From contig CBDCXM010000008.1 in the NCBI GenBank assembly GCA_965223855.1, positions 512,001 to 576,000 of the forward strand: DNA of 64,000 nt. Reading direction: 5' to 3'. The notes beneath the pieces are model-generated. The model was not told the origin of the DNA and searched no databases. It worked only from the letters and a program-made list of their open reading frames with translations. Both the position numbers and the translations under genes were made by a program. The stretch's first letter is position 1, and every line of letters begins with the position of its first letter. Shown here one piece after another: positions 56,409-64,000 of this stretch. Origin of the DNA: Candidatus Multivoradales bacterium (lineage in GTDB: Bacteria > Acidobacteriota > Thermoanaerobaculia > Multivoradales > JAHEKO01).

Positions 56409-57496
56409 GTTCCTCGCCGCCGCTTCTCGAGCTGCGCAACGTCGAGGTCCACTACGACGGGAAGCGCGCCCTCGACCTCGACCGCTTCGCAATCGAGAGG
56501 GGACGTTCGCTCGTGCTGCTCGGCCACAACGGCGCCGGCAAGTCGACGCTGCTACGTATCCTGGGCCTCCTCGAGCGGCCGACGCACGGGGTGGTGGTGT
56601 TCGATGGGGAACCGGCTCCACGGCGGGGGCGAGCGCTCCTTGCGGCCCGACGGCGCATCGCCAACGTGCTGCAACAACCGCTCCTGTGCCGCACCTCGGT
56701 CACCGGCAATGTCGCGATGGGGTTGCGCTTTCGAGGCGTGCCGGCGCCCGAGAGAAGGCGCCGCGCCGACGTATGGATGAAGAAACTGCGCCTCGCCGAC
56801 TTCGCCGAGCGCCGGGCGGAGACGCTCTCCGGCGGTGAGGCGCAGCGCACCTCGCTGGCACGTGCCCTCGTCCTCGAGCCCGACCTGCTCCTGCTCGACG
56901 AGCCGTTCGCAGCGCTCGATGCGCCGACCCGCAGCGAACTCCTGGCAGACCTCCGAATGGCGTTGGCCGGAACCGGAACGACCGTCGTCTTCGCCACCCA
57001 CGACCGCAACGACGCCCTGGCGCTCGCCGACGACGTCGCGGTCCTCTCCGCCGGGGGACTCCTCCAGATCGGTCCGCCCGCGGAGGTCTTCGGTCGTCCC
57101 GCCAGTGAGGAGGTCGCTCGCTTCGTCGGCGCAGAAACTCTGATCGCCGGTACGACCGGCGAGTTCGTAGCTGGGGTGCAGCAGGTCGAGACCGATGCCG
57201 GCTCACTTCACGTCGCCACCGAAGGAGTCTCCGGGGACGTCTTCGTCTGCATCCGGCCCGAGAACGTGCACCTCTTCAGTTCCCCGCAGCGTCCGAGCCA
57301 CAGCGCCAGGAACGCACTCGAGGGCAGCGTCACGGAGATCCGCGAACTCGATAGCCACCTCCAGGTGATGGTCGACTGTGGAGCGCCGGTCAGCGCCCTC
57401 ATCACCCGCGCCGCCCGCGCCGAGCTCGGCATCGAGGTCGGGACCCGGGTCTGGGCCGCCTTCAAGGCGACCGCCGCTCATCTGGTGCCGCGCTGA
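56405..57496 (+). CDS. tupC: Tungstate ABC transporter ATPase with C-terminal TOBE domain
   Basis: [36 protein letters not shown]; TTG start overlaps the tupB stop. Confidence 0.85.
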   Translation: MSSSPPLLELRNVEVHYDGKRALDLDRFAIERGRSLVLLGHNGAGKSTLLRILGLLERPTHGVVVFDGEPAPRRGRALLAARRRIANVLQQPLLCRTSVTGNVAMGLRFRGVPAPERRRRADVWMKKLRLADFAERRAETLSGGEAQRTSLARALVLEPDLLLLDEPFAALDAPTRSELLADLRMALAGTGTTVVFATHDRNDALALADDVAVLSAGGLLQIGPPAEVFGRPASEEVARFVGAETLIAGTTGEFVAGVQQVETDAGSLHVATEGVSGDVFVCIRPENVHLFSSPQRPSHSARNALEGSVTEIRELDSHLQVMVDCGAPVSALITRAARAELGIEVGTRVWAAFKATAAHLVPR

Positions 57497-57516
57497 CTCC
57501 TTCCTATAATCCCGCT

Positions 57517-57981
57517 ATGAACGCGCAAGGCCCCACGTCCCCGCAGGAGAAGATTCAGTCCGAGCTCGCGGCCGCGATGAAGGCGAGCGACAAGGAGCGC
57601 ACCTCGACCCTGCGCATGCTGCTGACGGCGCTCAAGAACGAGCGCATCGCGCAGGGCGAGGAGATCGACGAGGCGGGCTTCCTCAAGATCGTGCAGAAGT
57701 CGATCAAGCAGCGCCGCGAATCGGCGGAGCTCTACGACAAGGGAGGCCGCGACGAGTTGGCGGCGAAGGAACGCGGCGAGATCGAGATCCTCGAGGCCTA
57801 CCTCCCGGAGCAGGCGGGCCAGGACGAGATTCGTTCAGCGATCGAGGCGTTCGTCGCCGACAACGATCTCGCCGGGCCGCAAGCGATCGGCCAGGTGATG
57901 AAGGCGATGATGGCGCGCTTCGCCGGCAGCGCGGACGGCTCGGTGGTCAGCCGCATCGCTCGCGAAGTCCTCACCGGGTGA
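57517..57981 (+). CDS. GatB/YqeY domain protein
   Basis: AMKA.DK..LRML, KQRRES, GR.ELA.KE..E, YLP.Q, G.VMK, ADG. Confidence 0.92.
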   Translation: MNAQGPTSPQEKIQSELAAAMKASDKERTSTLRMLLTALKNERIAQGEEIDEAGFLKIVQKSIKQRRESAELYDKGGRDELAAKERGEIEILEAYLPEQAGQDEIRSAIEAFVADNDLAGPQAIGQVMKAMMARFAGSADGSVVSRIAREVLTG

Positions 57982-59885
57982 GTACGGCCTCTCTGCGGCG
58001 GGTCGTCGTCGGCACGGCCGGCCACGTCGACCACGGCAAGACCCGCCTCGTCGAGGCGCTCACCGGGGTCGATTGCGACCGCTGGGAGGAGGAGAAACGC
58101 CGCGGCATCACGATCGACCTCGGCTTCGCCCACTTCGTCGAGGGGGATCTGCAGGTCGGCTTCGTCGACGTCCCCGGTCATCAGAAGTTTCTTCACAACG
58201 CCCTGGCAGGGCTCGGTGGGATCCGCCTGGTGCTCCTCGTGGTGGCGGCGGACGAGGGGATCCAGCCACAGACGAGGGAACACCTCGCGGTTTGCGAGCT
58301 GCTCGGCATTCCCAAGGCCCTCGTCGCGTTGACCAAGAGCGATCGGGTGGGTGAAGAGGTCCTGACGAAGCGCAGGCAGGAGGTTCGCGCGCTGCTGGCC
58401 GGAACGCCATTCGCGGGAGCGAGCCTCGTACCGGTCTCGACGGTGAGCGGCGACGGCCTGGAGGAGCTCCGCCGAGAGCTCGTCGAACTCGGCGGCCGGC
58501 ACGCTCACGAACCGGACCCTCGACCGGCCCGCCTGCCGGTCGATCGCGCCTTCAAGCTCAAGGGACACGGCGCCATCGTCACCGGCACTCTGGCCGCCGG
58601 ATCGGTCGTGCGCGATCAACGGCTCGCGGCGCTCCCGGGCGATGGCGAAGTCCGGGTGCGCAACCTCCAGGTGCACGGCGAAGATCGCGAGACGGCAGAG
58701 GCGGGAGAGCGGGTCGCCGTCCAGCTGAGCGGCGCCGACTCCGGCGCGCTCGCTCGTGGCAACCAGCTCGTCGCCGCAGGAGCCTACGGGGAGAGTCGCC
58801 GCTGGCTGACCCGCTTCGAGCTTCTCGACGTGGCCCCAAAGCCCCTCGCGGGCGCGGTCGGCGTCAAGGTCTTCCTCCTGTCGAGCGAAGTGAACGGCCG
58901 CATCCGATCGCTCGACGGGCGGCTTGCGCCCGGTTCGACCGGTATCGCCGAGATTCGTCTCGCGGAGCCGGTCGCCGCCGTACGCGGAGACCGTTTCGTC
59001 GTCCGCCGACCCTCGCCGCCGCTGACGATCGGCGGCGGCATGCTCCTCGACCCGGAGTGGCGCTCTCCCGGGGGCCCAGCTCGCAGCAAGGCCGTGGACG
59101 CTCTCTCTGGTGATACCGCGGACGCGGTCGGCGGCTGGCTCGAGCTCGCGGGCGAACGCGGGCTCGATCGGACAACCCTCAGTCGACGACTGGGGATCGC
59201 GGCAGCCGGGGCCGAGGCACTCCTCACCGCAGCCGTTGAGGGGCAGCAGGCGGTGAAGATCTCCGCACCGAGCGGGGACGGAGATCGCTGGTTCGCGCCC
59301 CGGGCTCTGCAGCGAATCGAGGAGAGGGCGCGTGACGTCCTGGAGGGCTACTTCGCCGCGCACAGGATGAAGGAGGCGATGCCGAGGGCGGAGGCGGTGG
59401 CCGCGATCCTCCCGGGCCGGCTCGCCGAGCAGGCAACCGCCCATCTCGAGTGGCTCGCGGCCCGAAAGGCCCTCGTCGTCGACGGTGACCGCGTCCTCGC
59501 ACCGGGACGCGGGCCACGGCTGAGCGACACCGAATCGAAGCTGGCGACGGCGATCCTCGGCGCCTTCGAGAGCGCCGGCCTGACTCCGCCGTCACCCGGA
59601 GAGATCCGCACGGCGCTCGGCGCCAAGGCGCAGATCCTCGAAGGGGTCACCTCTCACCTGCTGGAAAAGGGGAGGCTCACCCGTCTGCCCGGTGGGCTGC
59701 TGGTCGCTACCTCGGCGATCGAGAAACTGCGAACCGCCCTCCTCGAGGGTCCCGACGAGTTCGGCGTCGGCGACTTCAAGAGCCGCTTCGGCCTCACCCG
59801 GAAGTGGGCGATCCCGTTGCTCGAGCACCTCGACGGCGTCGGCGCCACCAGGCGCGTCGGTGACCGCCGTCAGGTCGTGCGCTGA
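57978..59885 (+). CDS. selB: Selenocysteine-specific elongation factor
   Basis: [41 protein letters not shown]-terminal winged helix [13 protein letters not shown]. Confidence 0.93.
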   Translation: MSTASLRRVVVGTAGHVDHGKTRLVEALTGVDCDRWEEEKRRGITIDLGFAHFVEGDLQVGFVDVPGHQKFLHNALAGLGGIRLVLLVVAADEGIQPQTREHLAVCELLGIPKALVALTKSDRVGEEVLTKRRQEVRALLAGTPFAGASLVPVSTVSGDGLEELRRELVELGGRHAHEPDPRPARLPVDRAFKLKGHGAIVTGTLAAGSVVRDQRLAALPGDGEVRVRNLQVHGEDRETAEAGERVAVQLSGADSGALARGNQLVAAGAYGESRRWLTRFELLDVAPKPLAGAVGVKVFLLSSEVNGRIRSLDGRLAPGSTGIAEIRLAEPVAAVRGDRFVVRRPSPPLTIGGGMLLDPEWRSPGGPARSKAVDALSGDTADAVGGWLELAGERGLDRTTLSRRLGIAAAGAEALLTAAVEGQQAVKISAPSGDGDRWFAPRALQRIEERARDVLEGYFAAHRMKEAMPRAEAVAAILPGRLAEQATAHLEWLAARKALVVDGDRVLAPGRGPRLSDTESKLATAILGAFESAGLTPPSPGEIRTALGAKAQILEGVTSHLLEKGRLTRLPGGLLVATSAIEKLRTALLEGPDEFGVGDFKSRFGLTRKWAIPLLEHLDGVGATRRVGDRRQVVR

Positions 59886-59900
59886 GGGGGCCGCCGGGAG

Positions 59901-62570
59901 TCAGGCCTTGGCGTCGTACCAGGTGGTCCCCGTCGCGGCATCGACGACGAGCGGCACCTTCAGCGATTCGACCCTCTCCATCTCTTCGCGGACCAACTCG
60001 CTGGCAGCCTCCGCCTGGTCTGCAGGCACTTCGAGCACCAGCTCGTCGTGCACCGTCAGCAGGAGATCGACTTCGGGCATCTCGTCGGAGAGCCGGCGAT
60101 CGACCGCGATCATGGCCTTCTTGAGCAGATCGGCGGCGGTCCCCTGAATGCGGGCGTTGATCGCCATCCGCTTGGCGTTCTCGCGCACCGCATGGACCTT
60201 CGCCTTGAGCTCCGGCAGCCAGCGAACGCGGCCGTAGAGGGTCTCCACCCTCCCCGTCTCTTCGGCGGACGCCAGAGTGTCGTCCATGTAGCGCTTCACC
60301 CCGGCGTACCGCTCGAAGTAGGCGTCGATGAAGGCCTGCGCCTCGGCCCGGCCGATCTGGAGGTTCTGTGCCAGCCCGAAAGCGCTCATGCCGTAGATGA
60401 TGCCGAAGTTGATCGTCTTCGCCGCCCGCCGCTGCCGCGCCGTCACGAGCTCCGGGGCGACGTCCATCACCGCCGCCGCCGTGGCTCGGTGGATGTCCTC
60501 CCCCGCTTCGAAGGCGGCGATGAGCGCCGGCTCCTCGGCGATGTGCGCGAGCACCCGAAGCTCGATCTGACTGTAGTCGGCGACCAGCAGCCGGCACCCC
60601 TCCGGAGCGACGAACGCCTTGCGGATCTCACGGCCGAGGCGGGTCCGCACCGGGATGTTCTGAAGATTCGGATGCGACGACGACAGCCTGCCGGTCGCCG
60701 CCACCGCCTGGTCGTAGCGGGTGTGCACCCGGCCGTCCTCTGCGACGAGCGTCGGCAGCGCATCGACGTAGGTCGACTTGAGCTTCGAGATCTCGCGGTA
60801 GTCGAGCAGCTTCTCCGCCATCGGGAAGCCCTTCGCCGCGAGCTGCGTCAGCGTGTCGGCGTCGGTCGAGTAGCTCTTGGTCTTGCGGGTGCGCTTCACC
60901 ACCGGGTAGGCGAGGCGCTCGAACATCACCTCGCCGAGCTGCGCCGGCGAGTTGATGTTGAACGGCTCGCCGGCGATGTCGTAGATCTCCCCCTCGAGCT
61001 TCTCGAGGCGACCTTCGAGGTCGTCGGACATCTCGGCGAGAAACCCCGAGTCGAGGGCGATCCCCCGCTCTTCCATCCGCATCAGCACCGGCACGAGCGG
61101 CAGTTCGATGTCGCGGTAGACCTCTTCGAGGCGTCCCTCCAGCTCGTCGGCCATCGCATCGGCGAAGCGTTGCGGCAGCTCGACCTGTTCGGCCGCGAGG
61201 ACGAGCAGCCCCTCGGAACCGGGCTGCGGCTGCGAGCCGCGCTGCCAACCGGCCTCCTTGGCCGTCACAGCCTTGTACTGCAGGCGGTCGAGCGCCACCT
61301 CCGGCAGGGAGTGACCGCGCAGCGCCGGTCGCAGCACGTAGGAGGCGAGCATCGTGTCGTCGAGAGTCGCCCTCACCCGGGCTTCGCGTCCGGCGAGCCG
61401 GAGCACTTCCTTGAGGTCGTGACCGCGCAGGGTCCGTTCCCGGGCGCCGCACCACTCCTCCAGCGAGGCTCGTACCGCCTCCTCGAGCCCTTCGGTGCGG
61501 AAATCGGCGAACCGCGGCTCGCCGCCCTCTGCCGCGACCGCGAGGCCGACCGCCACCCCCGGCCCGACCGCTCCGACCACCAGTTCCCTCGGCGCCTTCG
61601 CCGCCCACTTCTTCCACGCCTCGGCCGACTCGAACTCGGCGGCCCGCTCGACCGGATCGACCGCTGGTGCAGCGTTACCGAGCTCCTCCAGCAACGAAGT
61701 GAACTCGAAGCGGCCGAAGAGCTCGGCGAGCGCCTCGGTGTCCGGAGACTCGATCCGCAGCGCTTCCGGGTCGAAGTCAATGTCCAGATCGGTGTGGATC
61801 GTCACCAACTCGCGTGACAACTCGGCGTCGGCGCGGTGTTCCTCGAGGCTCGCGCGATAACGCTTGCGCAGCCGGTAGCCCCTCTCCTCGATCTCCGCCG
61901 TGCGCTCGAGCAGCTCGTCGAGCGAGCCGAAGTCGCGGATCAGCTCGATCGCTCCCTTGGCGCCGATCCCCTGCACACCGGGGACGTTGTCGGAGCTGTC
62001 CCCCTGGATGGCGAGCACGTCGATCACCTGAGCCGGCGGTACGCCGAAGTCCTCCTCCACCAGCGCCGGGTCGTAGAGCTTGTCGCGCCCGGTGTGCATC
62101 AACGCGACATGGTCGTCGACGAGCTGCATCAGGTCCTTGTCGGCGCTCACCAGGACGACGTCGTAGCCGGCCGCCGAGGCCTTCTTCGACAGCGTCCCGA
62201 GAACGTCGTCCGCCTCGTACTTCTCCATCTCGAGGATCGGGATGCGGTAGGCCTCGATCGCCTCCCGCACCCACGGAATCTGCGGCCGCAGCTCCTCGGG
62301 CATCGGTTTGCGGTTGGCTTTGTAGTCGGCGTACTGCTCCTTTCGCACGGTGTCGCGTCCCGAGACGTCGAGGGCGACGCCGATCAGTTCCGGCTCCTCC
62401 TCCTTGAGGAGCTTGCGCAACATGTTGATGAAGCCGTAGACCGCGTTCGTCGGCTCGCCCTTCGAGTTCGACAGCTCCCGGATCGCGTGGAAGGCGCGGA
62501 AGATGTTGGAGTAGCCGTCGATCAGGAAGAGGCGGGGACGCTCGTTCGTTCCGCTTGGTTTGGCCGCCAT
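59901..62570 (-). CDS. polA: DNA polymerase I
   Basis: 5'-3' exonuclease (LIDG, YKANR, EADD, GDSSDNVPGV); polymerase motifs TGRLSS, DYSQIELR, AKTINFGIIYG, VHDEL. Confidence 0.98.
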   Translation of the reverse strand: MAAKPSGTNERPRLFLIDGYSNIFRAFHAIRELSNSKGEPTNAVYGFINMLRKLLKEEEPELIGVALDVSGRDTVRKEQYADYKANRKPMPEELRPQIPWVREAIEAYRIPILEMEKYEADDVLGTLSKKASAAGYDVVLVSADKDLMQLVDDHVALMHTGRDKLYDPALVEEDFGVPPAQVIDVLAIQGDSSDNVPGVQGIGAKGAIELIRDFGSLDELLERTAEIEERGYRLRKRYRASLEEHRADAELSRELVTIHTDLDIDFDPEALRIESPDTEALAELFGRFEFTSLLEELGNAAPAVDPVERAAEFESAEAWKKWAAKAPRELVVGAVGPGVAVGLAVAAEGGEPRFADFRTEGLEEAVRASLEEWCGARERTLRGHDLKEVLRLAGREARVRATLDDTMLASYVLRPALRGHSLPEVALDRLQYKAVTAKEAGWQRGSQPQPGSEGLLVLAAEQVELPQRFADAMADELEGRLEEVYRDIELPLVPVLMRMEERGIALDSGFLAEMSDDLEGRLEKLEGEIYDIAGEPFNINSPAQLGEVMFERLAYPVVKRTRKTKSYSTDADTLTQLAAKGFPMAEKLLDYREISKLKSTYVDALPTLVAEDGRVHTRYDQAVAATGRLSSSHPNLQNIPVRTRLGREIRKAFVAPEGCRLLVADYSQIELRVLAHIAEEPALIAAFEAGEDIHRATAAAVMDVAPELVTARQRRAAKTINFGIIYGMSAFGLAQNLQIGRAEAQAFIDAYFERYAGVKRYMDDTLASAEETGRVETLYGRVRWLPELKAKVHAVRENAKRMAINARIQGTAADLLKKAMIAVDRRLSDEMPEVDLLLTVHDELVLEVPADQAEAASELVREEMERVESLKVPLVVDAATGTTWYDAKA

Positions 62571-62579
62571 GGGGCGGTC

Positions 62580-62589
62580 ATTCTATGCT
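62580..62589. promoter_or_regulatory. Overlapping divergent -10 elements (bidirectional promoter)
   Basis: ATTCTATGCT gives TAGAAT on the - strand 9 nt before the polA ATG and TATGCT on the + strand 6 nt before ATG 62596. Confidence 0.6.
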
Positions 62590-62595
62590 CCGCTC

Positions 62596-62892
62596 ATGGA
62601 GTCGATCGGCGAGATGTTGCGGATGATGGGGCTCGGATCGTGGATCCTGATGGGGCTGCTCTCGGGAGCGGTCGCCAAGTACCTGCTGCCGGGCAAGGAT
62701 CCCGGCGGCTGTGTCGTGACGACGTTGATCGGCGTTGCCGGGGCACTGCTCGGAGGCTTCGTCGCCACCTATCTCGGCTTCGGCGGGCTCTCCGGCTTCG
62801 ATATCCGGAGCTTCGTCATCGCCACGCTCGGCGCCTTTCTGCTGCTGCTCCTGCTGCGGGTGCTCAGCGGCGGCCGCAAGGACGACGACTGA
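62596..62892 (+). CDS. GlsB/YeaQ/YmgE (transglycosylase-associated) membrane protein
   Basis: WILMGLLSGAVAKYLLPGKDPGG..T.LIGVAGALLGG. Confidence 0.88.
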   Translation: MESIGEMLRMMGLGSWILMGLLSGAVAKYLLPGKDPGGCVVTTLIGVAGALLGGFVATYLGFGGLSGFDIRSFVIATLGAFLLLLLLRVLSGGRKDDD

Positions 62893-62893
62893 G

Positions 62894-64000
62894 ATGTCGT
62901 CCCTCCGCCGTCTCCTCCCAGCCGCTCTCCTCCCGATCGGGCTCGTCGCGATCGCCGGCTGTCTTCATGCCGCCACACTCCCGCCGCGGCTGCTCGAGCT
63001 GCGCAACCTCGGCTATGCCGAACTCGAGAACGAGCAGCCGGCCGCGGCGGAAGCGCACTATCGCGCCCTGATCGAGCTGGCCCCCGACGATCCGCTCGGG
63101 CATGCCAACCTCGCGATCGCGGCACTGCGTCAGCAGAACTTCGAGCAGGGGCTCGAAGCGGTCGACCGTGCTCTCGAGCTCTCGCCGGGCGACGGGAGGC
63201 TGCTGAGCATCCGTGGCGACCTCCTCCAGTGGAGCGGCGAGAGCGAGGCGGCCCTTGCCGAATACGTCGCCGCGGCGGATGCCGCCCCTTCCGACGTCGA
63301 GACGCAGTACGCGCTCTACCGGCACCTGACGACCGTGTTGCGCGAGCCGGACGAGTCGCTGATCGACCGCGTCCTGGAACGACTGGTCGATCTGCGACCG
63401 GAGAATCTGGTGGTGATGCTGCAGCAGGGACGCCGCTCACTCGAGGCGGGCGACCGGGCGACGGCCTCGACGGCCTTCCTTCGTATCGGCGAGCTGCTGT
63501 GGCAGGCGCCCCAGGGTTCCGACCGGCTGTGGGACGCGGTGATCGCCGCCCTCGAAGGCGACGACCTCGACTCCGCACGCCTCCCGGCCCAGCGCCTGGA
63601 GAACGTCCTCAAGATCACGCCGATGTACCGCGAGAGCCTGCGGGAGCTCAACACCGGCATCCAGGGGATCCCGCTGACACGGCTGGCGGGAGAGCCCGAG
63701 CCGACCGTCTTCGGCGAACCGATCGAAGTGTCGTTCCGCGGGCGGCAGCTCGAGGGTGAAGCGGGAGTCGGGGCGCCGGTGGCCGGCGACTTCGACAGCG
63801 ACGGTGTCCCCGATCTGGCGCGCCTCGCCGGCGGTGAAGACACGACCAGCCTGAAGATCCGTCTCTCGACCGCCGGGCGCGCTTCTACCTTCCCGGCCGC
63901 CGGAGCGAACCATCTTTCGGCCCTCGACCTCGACAACGACGGCCACCTCGACCTGCTGGCGGTCGGCGGCGGCTCCGGAAGATTCTGGAAGGGGGACGGT
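62894..64000 (+). CDS. TPR + FG-GAP repeat exported protein / lipoprotein, 3'-partial (absent from the ORF track because there is no stop in the window)
   Basis: My translation: MSSLRRLLPAALLPIGLVAIAGC (possible lipobox), TPR helices (NLGYAELE..LIELAPDDPLGHANLA), then GDFDSDGVPDL and LDLDNDGHLDLL. Confidence 0.8.
   Translation, partial: MSSLRRLLPAALLPIGLVAIAGCLHAATLPPRLLELRNLGYAELENEQPAAAEAHYRALIELAPDDPLGHANLAIAALRQQNFEQGLEAVDRALELSPGDGRLLSIRGDLLQWSGESEAALAEYVAAADAAPSDVETQYALYRHLTTVLREPDESLIDRVLERLVDLRPENLVVMLQQGRRSLEAGDRATASTAFLRIGELLWQAPQGSDRLWDAVIAALEGDDLDSARLPAQRLENVLKITPMYRESLRELNTGIQGIPLTRLAGEPEPTVFGEPIEVSFRGRQLEGEAGVGAPVAGDFDSDGVPDLARLAGGEDTTSLKIRLSTAGRASTFPAAGANHLSALDLDNDGHLDLLAVGGGSGRFWKGDG

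Noticed and set aside
1-64000. CRISPR array, IS transposase or rRNA
   Set aside because: No regularly spaced repeat-spacer pattern, transposase motif or rRNA-like sequence was observed by eye

Overview
High-GC bacterial chromosome window with about 55 CDS and one tRNA. The gene content and the DGFESGD-type C-terminal tails suggest Acidobacteriota, possibly Thermoanaerobaculia (inference only). Housekeeping genes include nth, yajQ, pyk, tRNA-Ala(CGC), rmuC, pcm, mtaB, uvrA, smpB, tupABC, selB and polA. Four things stand out. (1) An 11.5 kb co-oriented cassette (22117-33638) with no phage or secretion-system genes: a giant Ig-like/beta-helix exported protein, three tail-collar (Mdp-like) paralogues with HxH motifs, a GNAT, a DUF6916-like protein and two more exported proteins. 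One DUF11 domain appears to be split between the two large flanking proteins. (2) Two recurring C-terminal tails on exported proteins with different passenger domains: [IF][13 protein letters not shown]..P (3 copies) and PVE[LI]xxFxV[DE] (2 copies), which look like uncharacterised sorting or docking signals. (3) A partner-switching module (RsbW/STAS/GAF-PP2C) with no sigma factor gene. It lies behind a correctly spaced sigma54 promoter, three palindromic upstream sites, a 51-aa sORF and a GAF-bEBP whose GAF resembles that of the phosphatase. (4) Non-coding signals: a tandem BlaI-type operator, an inverted pair of 71-bp hairpins with compensatory substitutions, and many -10 boxes lying 6-9 nt before start codons (leaderless genes), including an overlapping bidirectional promoter. 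No CRISPR array, integrase, transposase or rRNA was seen. All family calls come from motif recognition, not database searches.
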